DNA of 64,000 nucleotides from Eledone cirrhosa. Its lineage: Eukaryota. Position 1 is the first letter of the stretch. Each line of letters starts with the position of its first letter. Position numbers and translations under genes: made by a program. Below, piece after piece: positions 38,786-52,135 of this stretch. Location: the NCBI GenBank assembly GCA_964016885.1, contig OZ024765.1, positions 3,534,001 to 3,598,000 on the forward strand. The letters are read 5' to 3'. The notes under the pieces are model-generated. The model searched no databases. It was not told where the DNA came from and saw nothing but the letters and a program-made list of their open reading frames with translations.

Positions 38786-39633
38786 CGCACACCACACATA
38801 CACATATGTATAATATATCATTTAACGATTGTAAAAGGATTAGTATGTTTATTCAGTCACACGTACGTCCACACCTAAATGAAACAGCGCCACTGTACTG
38901 TATCTCCCCACCCCCACCACCTCTCTTTTTTGCCAGTGGTTCGCTATCATTCAATCCTTTTCAACCCGACCGGTTGAGATTGTTCGGGTATGTCGTCGTC
39001 GTGGTTGTTGTTGTTGTTGTTGTTGTTGTTGGGGGTGTTTGGTGACCAAATATCTCCGGTTAGCAAACCCTTTTAAACCAAGTAATTGTATACATTTGTA
39101 CTCATTCAGTTTCTTTACCCCTCATTAATTTGAATTGATTTCTTGTTTCTTCTTCTTCGACACGGAGGTGTGTCAGATCTAGAGGAGGTTTCTTCTCTAT
39201 AGGAGGGAGCGAGGGGAAGCTATACGTGAAAGACTAATGTTTTGGGGAGTGGGGGAAGGAATTGAAGGAAGACTAAAATTGTATGTGAAGGATGAGGGTT
39301 ACTTTTCACTATAGAGACTTGGGAGATATATTTAAACACACACTCACACAAACACACACTCTCACACACACACAAACACACACACAACTCACACTCACAC
39401 ACAAACACACTCACACTCACACAAACTCACACACACTCACACAAACACACACTCACACACACACACCTCTCACAGTCAGGACAGATACAGACAGACATTT
39501 ATCTACCTACCTCTCTCCCGTGTACATATATATATATATGTGTGTGTGTGTGTAGATATGTATGTGTACATGCGTGTGTGTGTGTGTTTACTTATTAGTA
39601 TTGATTTTATGTTAAACTCTTAACATCCTAAAG

Positions 39634-39908
39634 CAGGCATGGGCAACCTTTTTCGAGAAGCGGCTCATCATCGGGCGGGCCGCAAGCGCTAATTTACATT
39701 CGTTCCCGCATTAAAAAAAGGGCGGTAACTCAGGTTGTTTTGATTTGTTTCTTCAGAATTCGTACACGTTGTTATCCTCGATCGTAAAAATGATAGAGAG
39801 ATAAATTACGACTGAAAAGTTGGGGTAAAAAAATCAGAAAGATTTCACTTAGTGACTTAGGCGAGGCCATTCAGAGTGCCTCGTGGGCCGCAGGTTGCCC
39901 ATGACCTG
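39634..39908. mobile_element. hAT MITE
   Basis: TIRs CAGGCATGGGCAACCT / AGGTTGCCCATGACCTG; TSD TCCTAAAG / GCCTAAAC. Confidence 0.72.
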
Positions 39909-39976
39909 GCCTAAACCATATGAAAACCGCGTCGAATTTTCACTATGGCGTGTCCAGAAATAAAGATGCTTTAAAC

Positions 39977-40145
39977 CACTGGTCGCCAACCCTTCGGAAC
40001 CTCACTAAATTCAGGATTTTAAATCCCGCGGACCATTAATATGAAATTTTTTTTTTAAAACAGATAAATACATTAACATTTTTCTGCGGACCACCAAAAT
40101 TTTCCCTCGGACCAGTGGTCCGTGACCTCTGTTTGGCGACCACTG
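39977..40145. mobile_element. hAT-Charlie-like MITE
   Basis: TIRs CACTGGTCGCCAA / TTGGCGACCACTG; TSD CTTTAAAC / CTTTAACA. Confidence 0.72.
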
Positions 40146-40273
40146 CTTTAACAGCTGAAAGCTGAATCAACCAGTCAGTATATTTTAAAGATATTTTCTA
40201 CAATATCTTTACACCATGTTAAAAATTAATGTCCTGTATCACATAAAACCGCATTAGCAGATATTCTTGAAAT

Positions 40274-40565
40274 GTACAAAACAACACTATGACTACATCA
40301 CATTAAATATTAAAGTCTTTACTGTAATACTGTAAATATTCACAAACAATCTGTCTACCAGTAAAGATACTATAAACATTTAGTACAAAACAACACTATG
40401 ACTACATCACATTAAATATTAAAGTCTTTACTGTAATACTGTAAATATTCACAAACAATCTGTCCACCAGTAAAGATACTATAAACATTTAGTACAAAAC
40501 AACACTATGACTACATCACATTAAATATTAAAGTCTTTACTGTAATATTGTAAATGTTCACAACA
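40274..40565. repeat. 109-bp tandem repeat, about 2.7 copies
   Basis: TACAAAACAACACTATGACTACATC at 40275, 40384 and 40493. Confidence 0.92.
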
Positions 40566-40566
40566 A

Positions 40567-40698
40567 ATTATGTTTCTACTTTTGGCACAAGGCCAGCAAA
40601 TTAACGCAGTAACATTACTGGTACTTTATTTTATCGACCCCGTAAGGATGAAAGGCAAAGTCAACCTCGGCGGGATTTGAACTCAGAATGGCAAGGGC
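40567..40698 (-). mobile_element. SINE family 1, truncated
   Basis: Matches consensus. Confidence 0.85.
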
Positions 40699-41543
40699 TA
40701 AATTATTACAGGATGTTCAGTGTTAGGGTTAGGGTTAATTAACAGTGGTAGGGTTGAATGTGGTGGGGGTCAATTAATGCTGGGCCACGTCAGTGGACGT
40801 AACACACTTAATAAAACAATGAGCGGGGGAGGGGTGGGAGTTAGGGCACTTAACGTACCCACCCCTACTTCTTTAGAAACAATACGCGCGAGATAAGAAA
40901 CAGAATAGAATGGTGTGGGGGGGGGGGAGCGAGAGGTAGGTGGCGGGAGATGGTGCGGGGGGCGAGAGGGGTGATGGTAATGATGATGAAGAGGGGGAAA
41001 GAAGGACGAGGAGAGGAAGGAGGGGTGGTGTGTAGAGAAGAAGTGAAAGAGATGAAGGTGTTAAGTAGTAGTAGTAGTGGTGGTGGTGGTGGTAGTAGTG
41101 GTGGTAGTGGTGGTAGTGGTGGTAGTGGTGGTAGTGGTGGCGGTGGTAGTAGTAGTAGTAGTAGTGTTGGTAGTAGTAGTATTGGTAGTAGTAGTAGTGG
41201 TAGTAGTAGTAGTAGTAGTGTTGGTAGTAGTAGTATTGGTAGTAGTAGTAGTGGTAGTAGTAGTAGTAGCAGGAACAGTAGTGGTAGTAGTAGTAGTGGT
41301 AGTAGTAGTAGTAGTAGTGTTGGTAAGTAGTAGTATTGGTAGTAGTAGTAGTAGTGGTAGTAGTAGTAGTAGTAGCAGGAACAGTAGTGGTAGTAGTAGT
41401 AGTGGTAGTAGTAGTAGTAGTAGTAGCAGCAGAAGGAACAGTAGTGGTAGTAGTAGTAGTGGTGGTAGTAGTAGTAGTAGTAATAGTAGCAGCAGGAACA
41501 GTAGTGGTGGTAGTAGTAGTAGTAGTAGTGGTAGTAGTGGTAC

Positions 41544-41585
<42 letters not shown>

Positions 41586-41775
41586 TAGCAGCAGCAGCAG
41601 GAACAGTAGTAGTAGTGGTACTAGTAGTAGTAGTAGTAGTAGTAGTAGTAGCAGCAGGAACAGTAGTAGTAGTAGTAGTAGTAGTAGCAGCAGGAACAGT
41701 AGTAGTAGTAGTAGTAGTAGTAGTAGCAGCAGGAACAGTAGTAGTAGTAGTAGTAGTAGTAGTAGCAGCAGGAAC

Positions 41776-41807
<32 letters not shown>

Positions 41808-42440
41808 CAGCAGGAACAGTAGTAGTAGTGGTAGTAGTAGTAGTAGCAGCAGCAGGAACAGAAGTAGTAGTGGTAGTAGTAGTAGTAGTAGCAGCAGGAA
41901 CAGTAGTAGTAGTGTAGTAGTAGTAGTAGTAACAGCAGGAACAGTAGTAGTAGTGGTAGTATTAGTAGTAGTAGTAGCAGCAGGAACAGAAGTAGTAGTG
42001 GTAGTAGTAGTAGTAGTAGCAGCAGCAGCAGGAACAGTAGTAGTAAGTGGTAGTAGTAGTAGTAGTAGCAGCAGCAGGAACAGTAGTAGTAGTAGTGGTA
42101 GTAGTAGTAGTAGTAGTAGCAGCAGGAACAGTAGTAGTAGTAGTAGTAGTAGTAGTAGCAGCAGCAGGAACAGTAGTGGTAGTGGTAGTAGTAGTAGTAG
42201 TAGCAGCAGCAGGAACAGTAGTAGTAGTGGTAGTAGTAGGTAAAGAAATGTGAGAAGTGGAGACGGAAGTTGAAGTGAATTTGTAGATTTTTCACAGAAA
42301 GAGTGAATTTCAAAGAAAGCAGAACGACAATGAAGGAGACGAGGACGGAAGAAGAGAAAGGAGAAAGAGGGGGTGGGAGGATGTAAGACAAGAGAGGGGG
42401 ACGTGTTTAGAGGAGTAGGCACATATAGATATACTTATAT

Positions 42441-42748
42441 ATAATTGTTTCTACTTTTGGCACAAGGCCAGCATTTATCCCAGTGTATTACTGGTACTTT
42501 ATTTTATCGCGACCCCGTAAGGATGAAAGGCAAAGTTAACCTCGGCGGGATTTTAACTCAGACTATAAAGGGCCGTAACTCTATGCTGCAAAGCATGGCG
42601 TCCGACCCTCTACCGATACTGCCAATCCGCTGCCCTAATATATATATAAATAATTGTTTCTACTTCTGGCACAAGGCCAGCAACTACCTCAGTACATTAC
42701 TGGTACTTTATTTTATCGATCCTGTAAGGACGAAAGGCAAAGTTAAGC
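42441..42748 (-). mobile_element. Two tandem SINE family 1 copies
   Basis: Matches consensus; second copy truncated. Confidence 0.87.
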
Positions 42749-42909
42749 AAGGACGAATGGTTAAGCCTTCATTACGTTTATTGGTTGGTGACTCGCGTTT
42801 CGCTATTGATCAGCTCAAGGTTCGATCTGTATCGATCTGGACCGACTCTGGAATCAAAAGCTCGTGAACCTCTGTTGTAGTAACTTTGCATTACATCTAC
42901 TGGATATAT

Positions 42910-43222
42910 ATATATAAAGAATGAATAATAACAGGTAGACATCATAAAAAGGTAATTTATTCCGTGTGCTTACAAGTGTTTCCACGGTGGTACTACAGCC
43001 TAGTTATGCTATGTGCAAATTTACAAGAATTTGCAGAAACTCTAATATCCAATGCTGTGACCACTGTATCCTCAGAGGATACAGTGGTCACAGCATTGGA
43101 TATTTTGTAAATTTGCACATAGCATAACTAGGCTGTAGTACCACCGTGGAAACATTTGTAAGCACACGGAATAAATTACCTTTTTATGATGTCTACCTGT
43201 TATTATTCATTCTTTATATACA
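42910..43222. mobile_element. Palindrome with family J HHR (minus strand, about 42966-43077)
   Basis: rc CTGAGGA-TACAGTGGTCACAGC...GCTGTAGTACCACCGTG-GAAA-C(ACTT)G-TA^AGCAC. Fold-back centre lies at the core. Confidence 0.7.
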
Positions 43223-43355
43223 CTCCGGAATACAAAAGGATCAGGAACTAAGTTTCTTCAACAATTCTTCCATAACTCGTAGAGTAACCTCTCACCGTAC
43301 GTCAACCATATCCAGTGTAGTAATTAACCATACTACATCTTGGGTAATCCTATAC

Positions 43356-43450
<95 letters not shown>

Positions 43451-43453
<3 letters not shown>

Positions 43454-43636
43454 CGAGGGAAAAGTGGTAAGGAACCAGGTGGACCATAACGCACCAAAGT
43501 ACTCAATACTTAGGGTAGTAGAGTGGGAAATAGGAGTAAGTAAGACCCCGACGGCTGAGCTCAAGCCGTTTCGACGGCTAACTCAGAATTAGCCGTCGAA
43601 ACGGCTTTGAGCTCAGCCGTCGGGGTCTTACTTACT

Positions 43637-43640
<4 letters not shown>
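43451..43640. mobile_element. Fold-back family K element
   Basis: Same structure as 32941-33150. Confidence 0.7.
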
Positions 43641-43688
<48 letters not shown>

Positions 43689-44913
43689 GCATATATATAT
43701 ATACATACTTCGTTCTTGAATTTCTTTTGCAAGATTTCTTATCTGAAAACGTGTGTTGAAACAGATATCGTTATACTAGTCATGCTGCCAATAAAAACAC
43801 ACCAACTCGTTGCTTTTCACTTCAATTTAATATAAATTTCCGGTTTGTGTTTTGGTTAGTTGATTCGATAACCGGATGGTTGATTATCCTTATAAAAAGG
43901 GTATTTGTACATTGACCGCTAATAACACTAAATAAAATTGATAGTAATTAAGGTTTTTCGCGTGTTTTCAACTAATCTGACCTCCAACAAGCTCGCTGTC
44001 GACTTATTTTCCGGAAAAGAAACGGGGTGACCCACGGTCTAGGATTTCAATATGTGGCTGGGTGAAAGAGCAATTTTTACCCCCGAAAACATAACAGTGA
44101 AGGCCATCCACAAAACCTCTCACAAATGATCCCTGGGGGTAGCCAGACCTATAAATCTATCGACAAAGTTGTATACGAAGACATCACTATCCATTAACCT
44201 GTGGCTTGAATTTCTCATTCTTTATGGTTAACACCAATAAAAAATATTATATCTTTTTAGAGAAGGGCATCAAATTTCATACAGCACAGGTCTCCAGAAG
44301 GTGAAAACCCAGCCATGGTTAGGATACTGAGATGCCGAAGGACGCTGTATCTTTACCTGGTCAGCCACCTCACACGAGATGGTCATGGCAAGATTCTGTT
44401 TAAGCTTAGGACTGGTGGATCAGGACTGACTTAAGGTTTAACAACAACTACAACACACACATACACACGGAGATACATATATACATTCATTCACATACAC
44501 AAAGATACACACACACACACACACACACATACTCACCCTCACACACACACAGATACATACACAAACACACATACTCACCCTCATACACATACACTCATAG
44601 CCATGTATACACACATACACATACATATATGCACACGTACATACATACACATACATTCACATACATTCACACACACATGACATACATATACATTCACACA
44701 CACACACATATATATATATATACATACACAAAGATATACACATATATACATACACACGTATATACATACATAGACACACAAACATACCTACATATATACA
44801 TACACACATATACACACACATATTAACACACGTACACGTACATTCACACACACACATATATATATATATACGTACACATTCATATATACACATACATACA
44901 TACATTTATACAT

Positions 44914-44946
<33 letters not shown>

Positions 44947-45053
44947 CATACATATACACACATATATACATACACATACAAACACATATATATATATATA
45001 TATACATACACACACATTCATATACACACACATACATACACACAAACACATAT

Positions 45054-45108
<55 letters not shown>

Positions 45109-45429
45109 CGTACACATTCATATATACACATACATACATACATTTATACATACACACACACACACACACATATATACATACATATACACACATATATACA
45201 TACACATACAAACACACATATATATATATATATACATACACACACATTCATATACACACACATGCATACACACAAACACACATATACATACATACATACA
45301 CACACACATATATATATAAATATATATATATACATATACACACATATATACATACACATACAAACACACATATATATATATACATACACACACATACATA
45401 CACACAAACACATATATACATACATACAT

Positions 45430-45462
<33 letters not shown>

Positions 45463-46130
45463 CACATACACACATATATACATACACATACAAACACACA
45501 TATATATATATATATATACATACACACACATTCATATACACACACATGCATACACACACACACATATATATATATATATACATATACACACATATAAACA
45601 TACACATACAAACACACATATATATATATATATACATACACACACATTCATATACACACACACATACATACACACAAACACATATATACATACATACATA
45701 CACACACACACATATATATATATATACACACATACACACACACACATACACAATGTTTGTTTAGATTCTGTAGGAACTTTTACATGATAAACACACCACG
45801 TGAGGTGAGAGGGTAAATAGAGGGGGGGGGGTAGCGTCTCGTGTCAGCAATACATGGGAGAGGTGGGAGGAGGTTGAAGGGCAGAGTGGTTGGGGAGGTA
45901 GTAAGAGAAGGCAAGAGAGAGAGGGAGAGAGGGATAGTTAGAGAGGTGAGAGAGGGAGAAGAAGAGAGAAGGAGAAGGGGGAGAGAGAGGAGAGGGAGAG
46001 TGAGAAGAAAAGATAGAGAGAGGTAGAGAGAGGGGAAGGAGAGAGATAAGTGCCAAGAGAGAGAGAGAAAGAGGGAGAGTAGTGCCAAGAGAGAGAGAGA
46101 GAGAGAGAGAGAGGGGAAGAGAGAGAGAGG

Positions 46131-46208
<78 letters not shown>

Positions 46209-46277
46209 AGTGCCGAGAGAGAGAGAGAGAGAGAGAGAAAAAAGAGAGAGAGAGAGAGAGAGGAAGAGAGAGAGAGA

Positions 46278-46319
<42 letters not shown>

Positions 46320-46549
46320 GAGAGAGAGAGAAATAAGTGCCGAGAGAGAGAGAGAGAGAGAGAGAGAGGAAGAGAGAGAGAGAGGAAGAGAAAGAGAGAG
46401 AAACAAGTGCCGAGAGAGAGAGAGAGAGAAAGGAAGAGAGAGAGAGCGAGAGGAAGAGAGAGAGAGAGAGAGAAACAAGTGCCGAGAGAGAGAGAGAGAA
46501 ACAAGTGCCGAGAGAGAGAGAGAGAGAAACAAGTGCCGAGAGAGAGAGA

Positions 46550-46601
<52 letters not shown>

Positions 46602-47613
46602 AAATAAGGTGGACCGATCCTAATCGTCCCAAAGTTGACATTTTCAGGACATCGTTTATAATCACTGTAATTAAGTTACATACAAATTATAGACATTGTA
46701 GTGGTGGTGGTGGTGGTGGTTTGGTGGTGGGGGTGGGGGCTGGGGGTAGTTTCGTGGTGGTGGAGGCGATGGTGGTGGTGGAGGTGATGGTGGTGGTGGT
46801 TTGGTGGTGGTGGTGGTGGTAGTTTGGTGGTGGGGGTGGGGGTGGGGGTAGTTTGATGGTGGGGTGGGGCGTGGGGGTAGTTTCGTGGTGGTGGAGGCGA
46901 TGGTGGTGGTTTGGTGGTGGAGGTGGTGGTTTGGTGGTGGTGGTTTGGTGGTGGTGGAGGTGATGGTGGTGGTGGTGGTGGTGGTGGTAGTTTCGTGGTG
47001 GTGGAGGCGATGGTGGTGGTTTGGTGGGGGAGGTGGTGGTTTGGTGGTGGTGGTTTGGTGGTGGTGGAGGTGATGGTGGTGGTGGTGGTGGTGGTGGTAG
47101 TTTCGTGGTGGTGGAGGTGATGGTGGTGGTGGTGGTTTGGTGGTGGAGGTGGTGGTTTGGTGGTGGTGGTTGTTTGGTGGTGGTGGTGGTTTGGTGGTGG
47201 TGGAGGTGATGGTGGTGGTGGTGCTGGTGCTGGTAGTTTCGTGGTGGTGGAGGTGATGGTGGTGGTGGTTTGGTGGTGGAGGTGGTGGTTTGGTGGTGGT
47301 GGAGGTGGTTGAGGTTGTGGTGGCGGCTTGGTGGTGGTGGTGGAGGTAGTGTTGGTGGTGGTGGTGGTAGTGGTGGCGATGGTAGTGGTGGTGATAGTGG
47401 TGGTGGTGGTGGTAGTGATGGTAGTGGTGATGGTAGTGGTGGTGGTGGTGATGGTAGTGGTGGTGGTAGCGGTGGTGGTGGTGATGGTAGTTGTGGTGGT
47501 GGTGGTGTTATTTGTAGTGGTTTTTCCAATCAATTATATATATATATATATATATATACCTCTGTAACTTTTTTAAATTCACACAAACATACAATACATA
47601 CATATACATACAC

Positions 47614-47696
<83 letters not shown>

Positions 47697-48058
47697 TCAA
47701 GGTAATGAATTCTTTTACAATGGAATCAGCTCGAATGAGGAAAAATATCCCCTGAGCAGTGTATAAATTAATATGTAAGTGATGAAACACAGATACCAAC
47801 ACATCTGTATATATATTGCAAAAGAAAAATCTGGCTAAATTTTTCTTTTGCAATATATATACAGATGTGTTGGTATCTGTGTTTCATCACTTATATATAT
47901 ATATATACACTTTTCTAAAAAAATATATCATACACAAAACTCCAGCACCAACAGTTTTCCAAGAGATGTCAACATGAATGGACCTGTTATTTTTATCTAA
48001 AGACATTTTTTCCAATTCCAACCCGCCAGTCCCTTCAATCTATCTTATTTTTCATTCT

Positions 48059-48096
48059 TTTTTCTGATGAAGGACTAGCGTCCGAAACGTTAAGAC
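48059..48096 (+). ncRNA. Minimal type I HHR, family F
   Basis: TTTTT-CTGATGA-AGGAC(TAGC)GTCC-GAAACGTT^AAGAC. Confidence 0.78.
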
Positions 48097-48185
48097 CCTC
48101 TTCCTGGTATTTCAAGCGTTAACCTAATATACCCCTTCCATATACTGTACCGATTGTGTTGTTATTTCTGTTTACCTTTTACATT

Positions 48186-48236
48186 AGTTTCAGAAGATCC
48201 CGTTAAGGGTGAAAGCAGCGATTCTTTGCTTAAACT
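48186..48236 (+). ncRNA. HHR-like motif with CAGAAGA core, family M
   Basis: AGTTT-CAGAAGA-TCCC(GTTAA)GGGT-GAAA-GCA(GCGATTCTT)TGC-TT^AAACT. Confidence 0.65.
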
Positions 48237-48264
48237 TTAATCTGTTATTTTAATAAATAAATAA

Positions 48265-48330
<66 letters not shown>

Positions 48331-48369
48331 ATATTAAATAAATGGAAACTATATTTATAAAACCATATT

Positions 48370-48433
48370 TATTTTATTATATATATTTCAAGGGTACCAA
48401 GACAACATTGGTACGCTTTCATCAGATAAAATA
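48370..48433 (-). ncRNA. Type I HHR, family D
   Basis: rc TATTTTAT-CTGATGA-AAGCGTACCAA..TTGGTACCCTT-GAAATATATATA^ATAAAATA. Confidence 0.85.
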
Positions 48434-48765
48434 CAAAGTTTGTTTTATAAATAGAGACATACCCATGAAAATCATACCTTATCGGTTTGAAATTCACTGG
48501 ATAGTTAATATTTACTCCAGTAACTTGTTGAGTGCTCTAAATCAGTTATAAACATTTATATTTGTCAGACCCCGTGTGTGTGTGTGTGTGGGGGGGGGGG
48601 GCACCTCGAGCTGTTCGCCGGAGAAACAATTGTAATATGTTAATAAATTGAGTTTCGATGCATTACTGATTCTTCGTTTCCCATATTATTATTATACTCT
48701 GCTCTGAAGGAGCATAGAGTGCTCAACCGGCTTACCGCCTATGGTTACATTCAATCAACCTTACT

Positions 48766-48806
<41 letters not shown>

Positions 48807-48810
<4 letters not shown>

Positions 48811-49006
48811 AACGAGTAGGACCCCGACGGCTGAGCTCGAGTCGTTTCGACGGCTAATTCTGGACTCAGAGTCCAGAATTAGCCGTCGAAACAGCTTGAG
48901 CTCTGCTGTCGGGGTCCTACTTGTTCCTATTACCCACTCTACTACCCTAAGTATTGAGTACTTTGGTGCGTTATGGTCCACCTGGTTCCTTACCACATTT
49001 CCTTCG

Positions 49007-49007
<1 letters not shown>
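48807..49007. mobile_element. Fold-back family K element
   Basis: Same structure as the other K copies; centre GACTCAGAGTC. Confidence 0.7.
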
Positions 49008-49077
<70 letters not shown>

Positions 49078-49105
49078 GGTTTGAGGTTCACCACTGGATA
49101 GAGCT

Positions 49106-50075
49106 GGGACACCACAAGTCTCCACTACTACAGGTAGCCAGCTCAGCGCCTATGGTGGTGAGTAGGGAGGTAGCCCTCGGGCCAAGGACACCACAAGTCT
49201 CCACTACTACAGGTAGCCAGCTCAGCGCCTATGGTGGTGAGTAGGGAGGTAGCCCTAGGGCCAAGGACACCACAAGTCTCCACTACTACAGGTAGCCAGC
49301 TCAGCGCCTATGGTGGTGAGTAGGGAGGTAGCCCTCGGGCCAAGGACACCACAAGTCTCCACTACTACAGGTAGCCAGCTCAGCGCCTATGGTGGTGAGT
49401 AGGGAGGTAGCCCTAGGGCCAAGGACACCACAAGTCTCCACTACTACAGGTAGCCAGCTCAGCACCTATGGTGGTGAGTAGGGAGGTAGCCCTAGGGCCA
49501 AGGACACCACAAGTCTCCACTACTACAGGTAGCCAGCTCAGCGCCTATGGTGGTGAGTAGGGAGGTAGCCCTAGGGCCAAGGACACCACAAGTCTCCACT
49601 ACTACAGGTAGCCAGCTCAGCGCCTATGGTGGTGAGTAGGGAGGTAGCCCTCGGGCCAAGGACACCACAAGTCTCCACTACTACAAATAGCCAGCTCAGC
49701 ACCTATGGTGGTGAGTAGGGAGGTAGCCCTCGTCCAAGGACACCACAAGTCTCCACTACTACAAATAGCCAGCTCAGCGCCTATGGTGGTGAGTAGGGAG
49801 GTAGCCCTCGGGCCAAGGACACCAGAAGTCTCCACTGCTACAGGTAGCCAGCTCAGCGCCTATGGTGGTGAGTAGGGAGGTAGCCCTCGGGCCAAGGACA
49901 CCAGAAGTCTCCACTGCTACAGGTAGCCAGCTCAGCGCCTATGGTGGTGAGTAGGGAGGTAGCCCTCGGGCCAAGGACACCAGAAGTCTCCACTGCTACA
50001 GGTAGCCAGCTCAGCGCCTATGGTGGTGAGTAGGGAGGTAGCCCTCGGGCCAAGGACACCACAAGTCCCCACTGC
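49106..50075. repeat. 79-bp satellite, about 12 copies
   Basis: GGACACCACAAG at 49186 and 49265 gives the period. Confidence 0.96.
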
Positions 50076-50149
50076 CAAGGGTACGACCGCGAACCTGTCG
50101 GAGAGCGACCGGTACGTTGTCCAAGGAAAAGGCAATGGCCGATACAGCT

Positions 50150-50310
50150 TGGCCCCAGTGACGTCGCAACTCATTTCTACAGCTGATTAAACTGGAACGA
50201 CGTGAAATAAAGTGTCTTGCTCAAGGAAACAACACATCACTCGGTCCGACAATCGAACTCACAACCTTTCGATTGCAAGCCCAATGCTCTAACCACTAAG
50301 CCACGCGCGC
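50150..50310 (-). mobile_element. SINE family 2
   Basis: rc GCGCGTGGCTTAGTGGTTAGAGCA...GAGTTCGATTG: A and B boxes. Confidence 0.8.
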
Positions 50311-50379
50311 CTTCATGTGTGTGTGTGCGTGCGTGTGTGAGTGTGTGTGTGTGTGTGTGTACGTGCGTGCGTGCGTGTG

Positions 50380-50439
<60 letters not shown>

Positions 50440-50644
50440 CGTGCGTGTAGTTAAATTTAGACACAGAAACAAGAACAAATAACAGCACCAAATTCAAAAT
50501 AAACATTTGAGAGGTTTAAGTTTAGTTAAAATATTTGGTGGAGGAGGCGGTGGTGGTGTGGAGTTGGAGGTGGCGGTGTAGGGTTGCAAGGTCATGACCT
50601 TGTTGGGGACATTCTGAGTGTAGTGTCACAGGATTAATGACCAC

Positions 50645-51054
50645 AATGGTGGTGGTGGTGTTGGTGGTTGTTGTTGTTGTGGTGGTGTTGTTGGTGGTGT
50701 TGTTGTTGGTGGTGTTGTTGTTGGTGTTGGTGGTGTTGTTGGTGGTGTTGGTGGTGTTGTTGGTGGTGTTGTTGTTGTTGGTGGTGTTGTTGTTGGTGTT
50801 GGTGGTGTTGTTGGTGGTGTTGTTGTTGTTGGTGGTGTTGTTGTTGTTGGTGGTGTTGTTGGTGGTGTTGTTGTTGGTGTTGTTGGTGGTGGTGGTGTTG
50901 TTGTTGGTGTTGGTGGTGTTGTTGTTGGTGGTGTTGTTGTTGTTGGTGGTGTTGTTGGTGGTGTTGTTGTTGGTGTTGTTGTTGTTGGTGGTGTTGGTGT
51001 TGTTGTTGTTGTTGTTGTTGGTGGTGGTGTTGTTGTTGGTGGTGTTGTTGTTGG

Positions 51055-51085
<31 letters not shown>

Positions 51086-51225
51086 GGTGTTGTTGTTGGT
51101 GTTGTTGTTGTTGGTGGTGTTGTTGTTGGTGTTGTTGTTGGTGTTGGTGTTGTTGTTGTTGGTGGTGTTGTTGTTGTTGTTGTTGGTGTTGTTGGTGGTG
51201 TTGTTGTTGGTGGTGTTGTTGTTGG

Positions 51226-51256
<31 letters not shown>

Positions 51257-52135
51257 GGTGTTGTTGTTGGTGTTGTTGTTGTTGGTGGTGTTGTTGTTGT
51301 TGTTGTTGTTGTTGTTGGTGTTGTTGCTGATGTTGTTGTTGTTGGTGGTGTTGTTGTTGGTGTTGTTGGTGTTGTTGTTGTTGGTGTTGTTGCTGATGTT
51401 GTTGTTGTTGTTGGTGTTGTTGTTGGTGTTGTTGTTGGTGGTGTTGTTGTTGGTGTTGTTGTTGTTGTTGTTGGTGGTGTTGTTGTTGGTGTTGTTGTTG
51501 CTGATGTTGTTGTTGTTGGTGGTGTTGTTGTTGGTGTTGTTGGTGGTGTTGTTGTTGTTGTTGTTGGTGGTGGTGGTGTTGTTGTTGGTGTTGGTGGTGT
51601 TGTTGGTGTTGTTGTTGGTGGTGTTGTTGTTGGTGGTGTTGTTGTTGGTGGTGTTGTTGTTGTTGTTGGTGGTGTTGTTGTTGTTGTTGGTGGTGTTGTT
51701 GGTGGTGGTGTTGTTGTTGTTGTTGTTGGTGTTGTTGCTGGTGTTGTTGTTGTTGGTGGTGTTGTTGTTGTTGTTGTTGTTGGTGGTGTTGTTGTTGTTG
51801 GTGGTGTTGTTGTTGCTGGTGTTGTTGTTGTTGGTGGTGTTGTTGTTGTTGTTGGTGGTGTTGTTGTTGTTGGTGGTGTTGTTGGTGTTGTTATTGGTGG
51901 CGTTGTTGTTGTTGGTGTTGTTATTGGTGGCGTTGTCGTTGTTGTTGAGGATGGCGGTGGTGATATTGGTGTTGATGATAGTGATGGTGTTATTGTTAGT
52001 GGTGTTGTTGTTATTGTTGTTGGTGGTGGTGTTGTTGGTGTTGGTGGTGATGGCGGCGGTGGTGAAATTGTTGGTGTTGGTGGTGATGGTGGTGGTGAAA
52101 TTGTTGCTGTTGGTGATAGTGGTGGTGGTGCTGTG
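50645..52135. repeat. (GTT/GGT)n trinucleotide array, about 1.5 kb
   Basis: Direct observation. Similar low-complexity arrays at 9.8-10.1, 11.3-11.7, 18.9-19.9, 35.4-35.9, 41.1-42.2, 46.7-47.5, 57.3-58.2 and 61.8-63.0 kb. Confidence 0.97.

Noticed and set aside
40720-40740. Telomeric TTAGGG repeats
   Set aside because: Only two units; not distinguishable from chance.
41061-42422. 453-aa and overlapping ORFs
   Set aside because: (AGT)n-derived low complexity.
45765-46670. Plus-strand micro-exons (DSVGTFYMINTPRE; WTDPNRPKVDIFRTSFIIT)
   Set aside because: Short and unrecognised; the second has a purine-rich acceptor.
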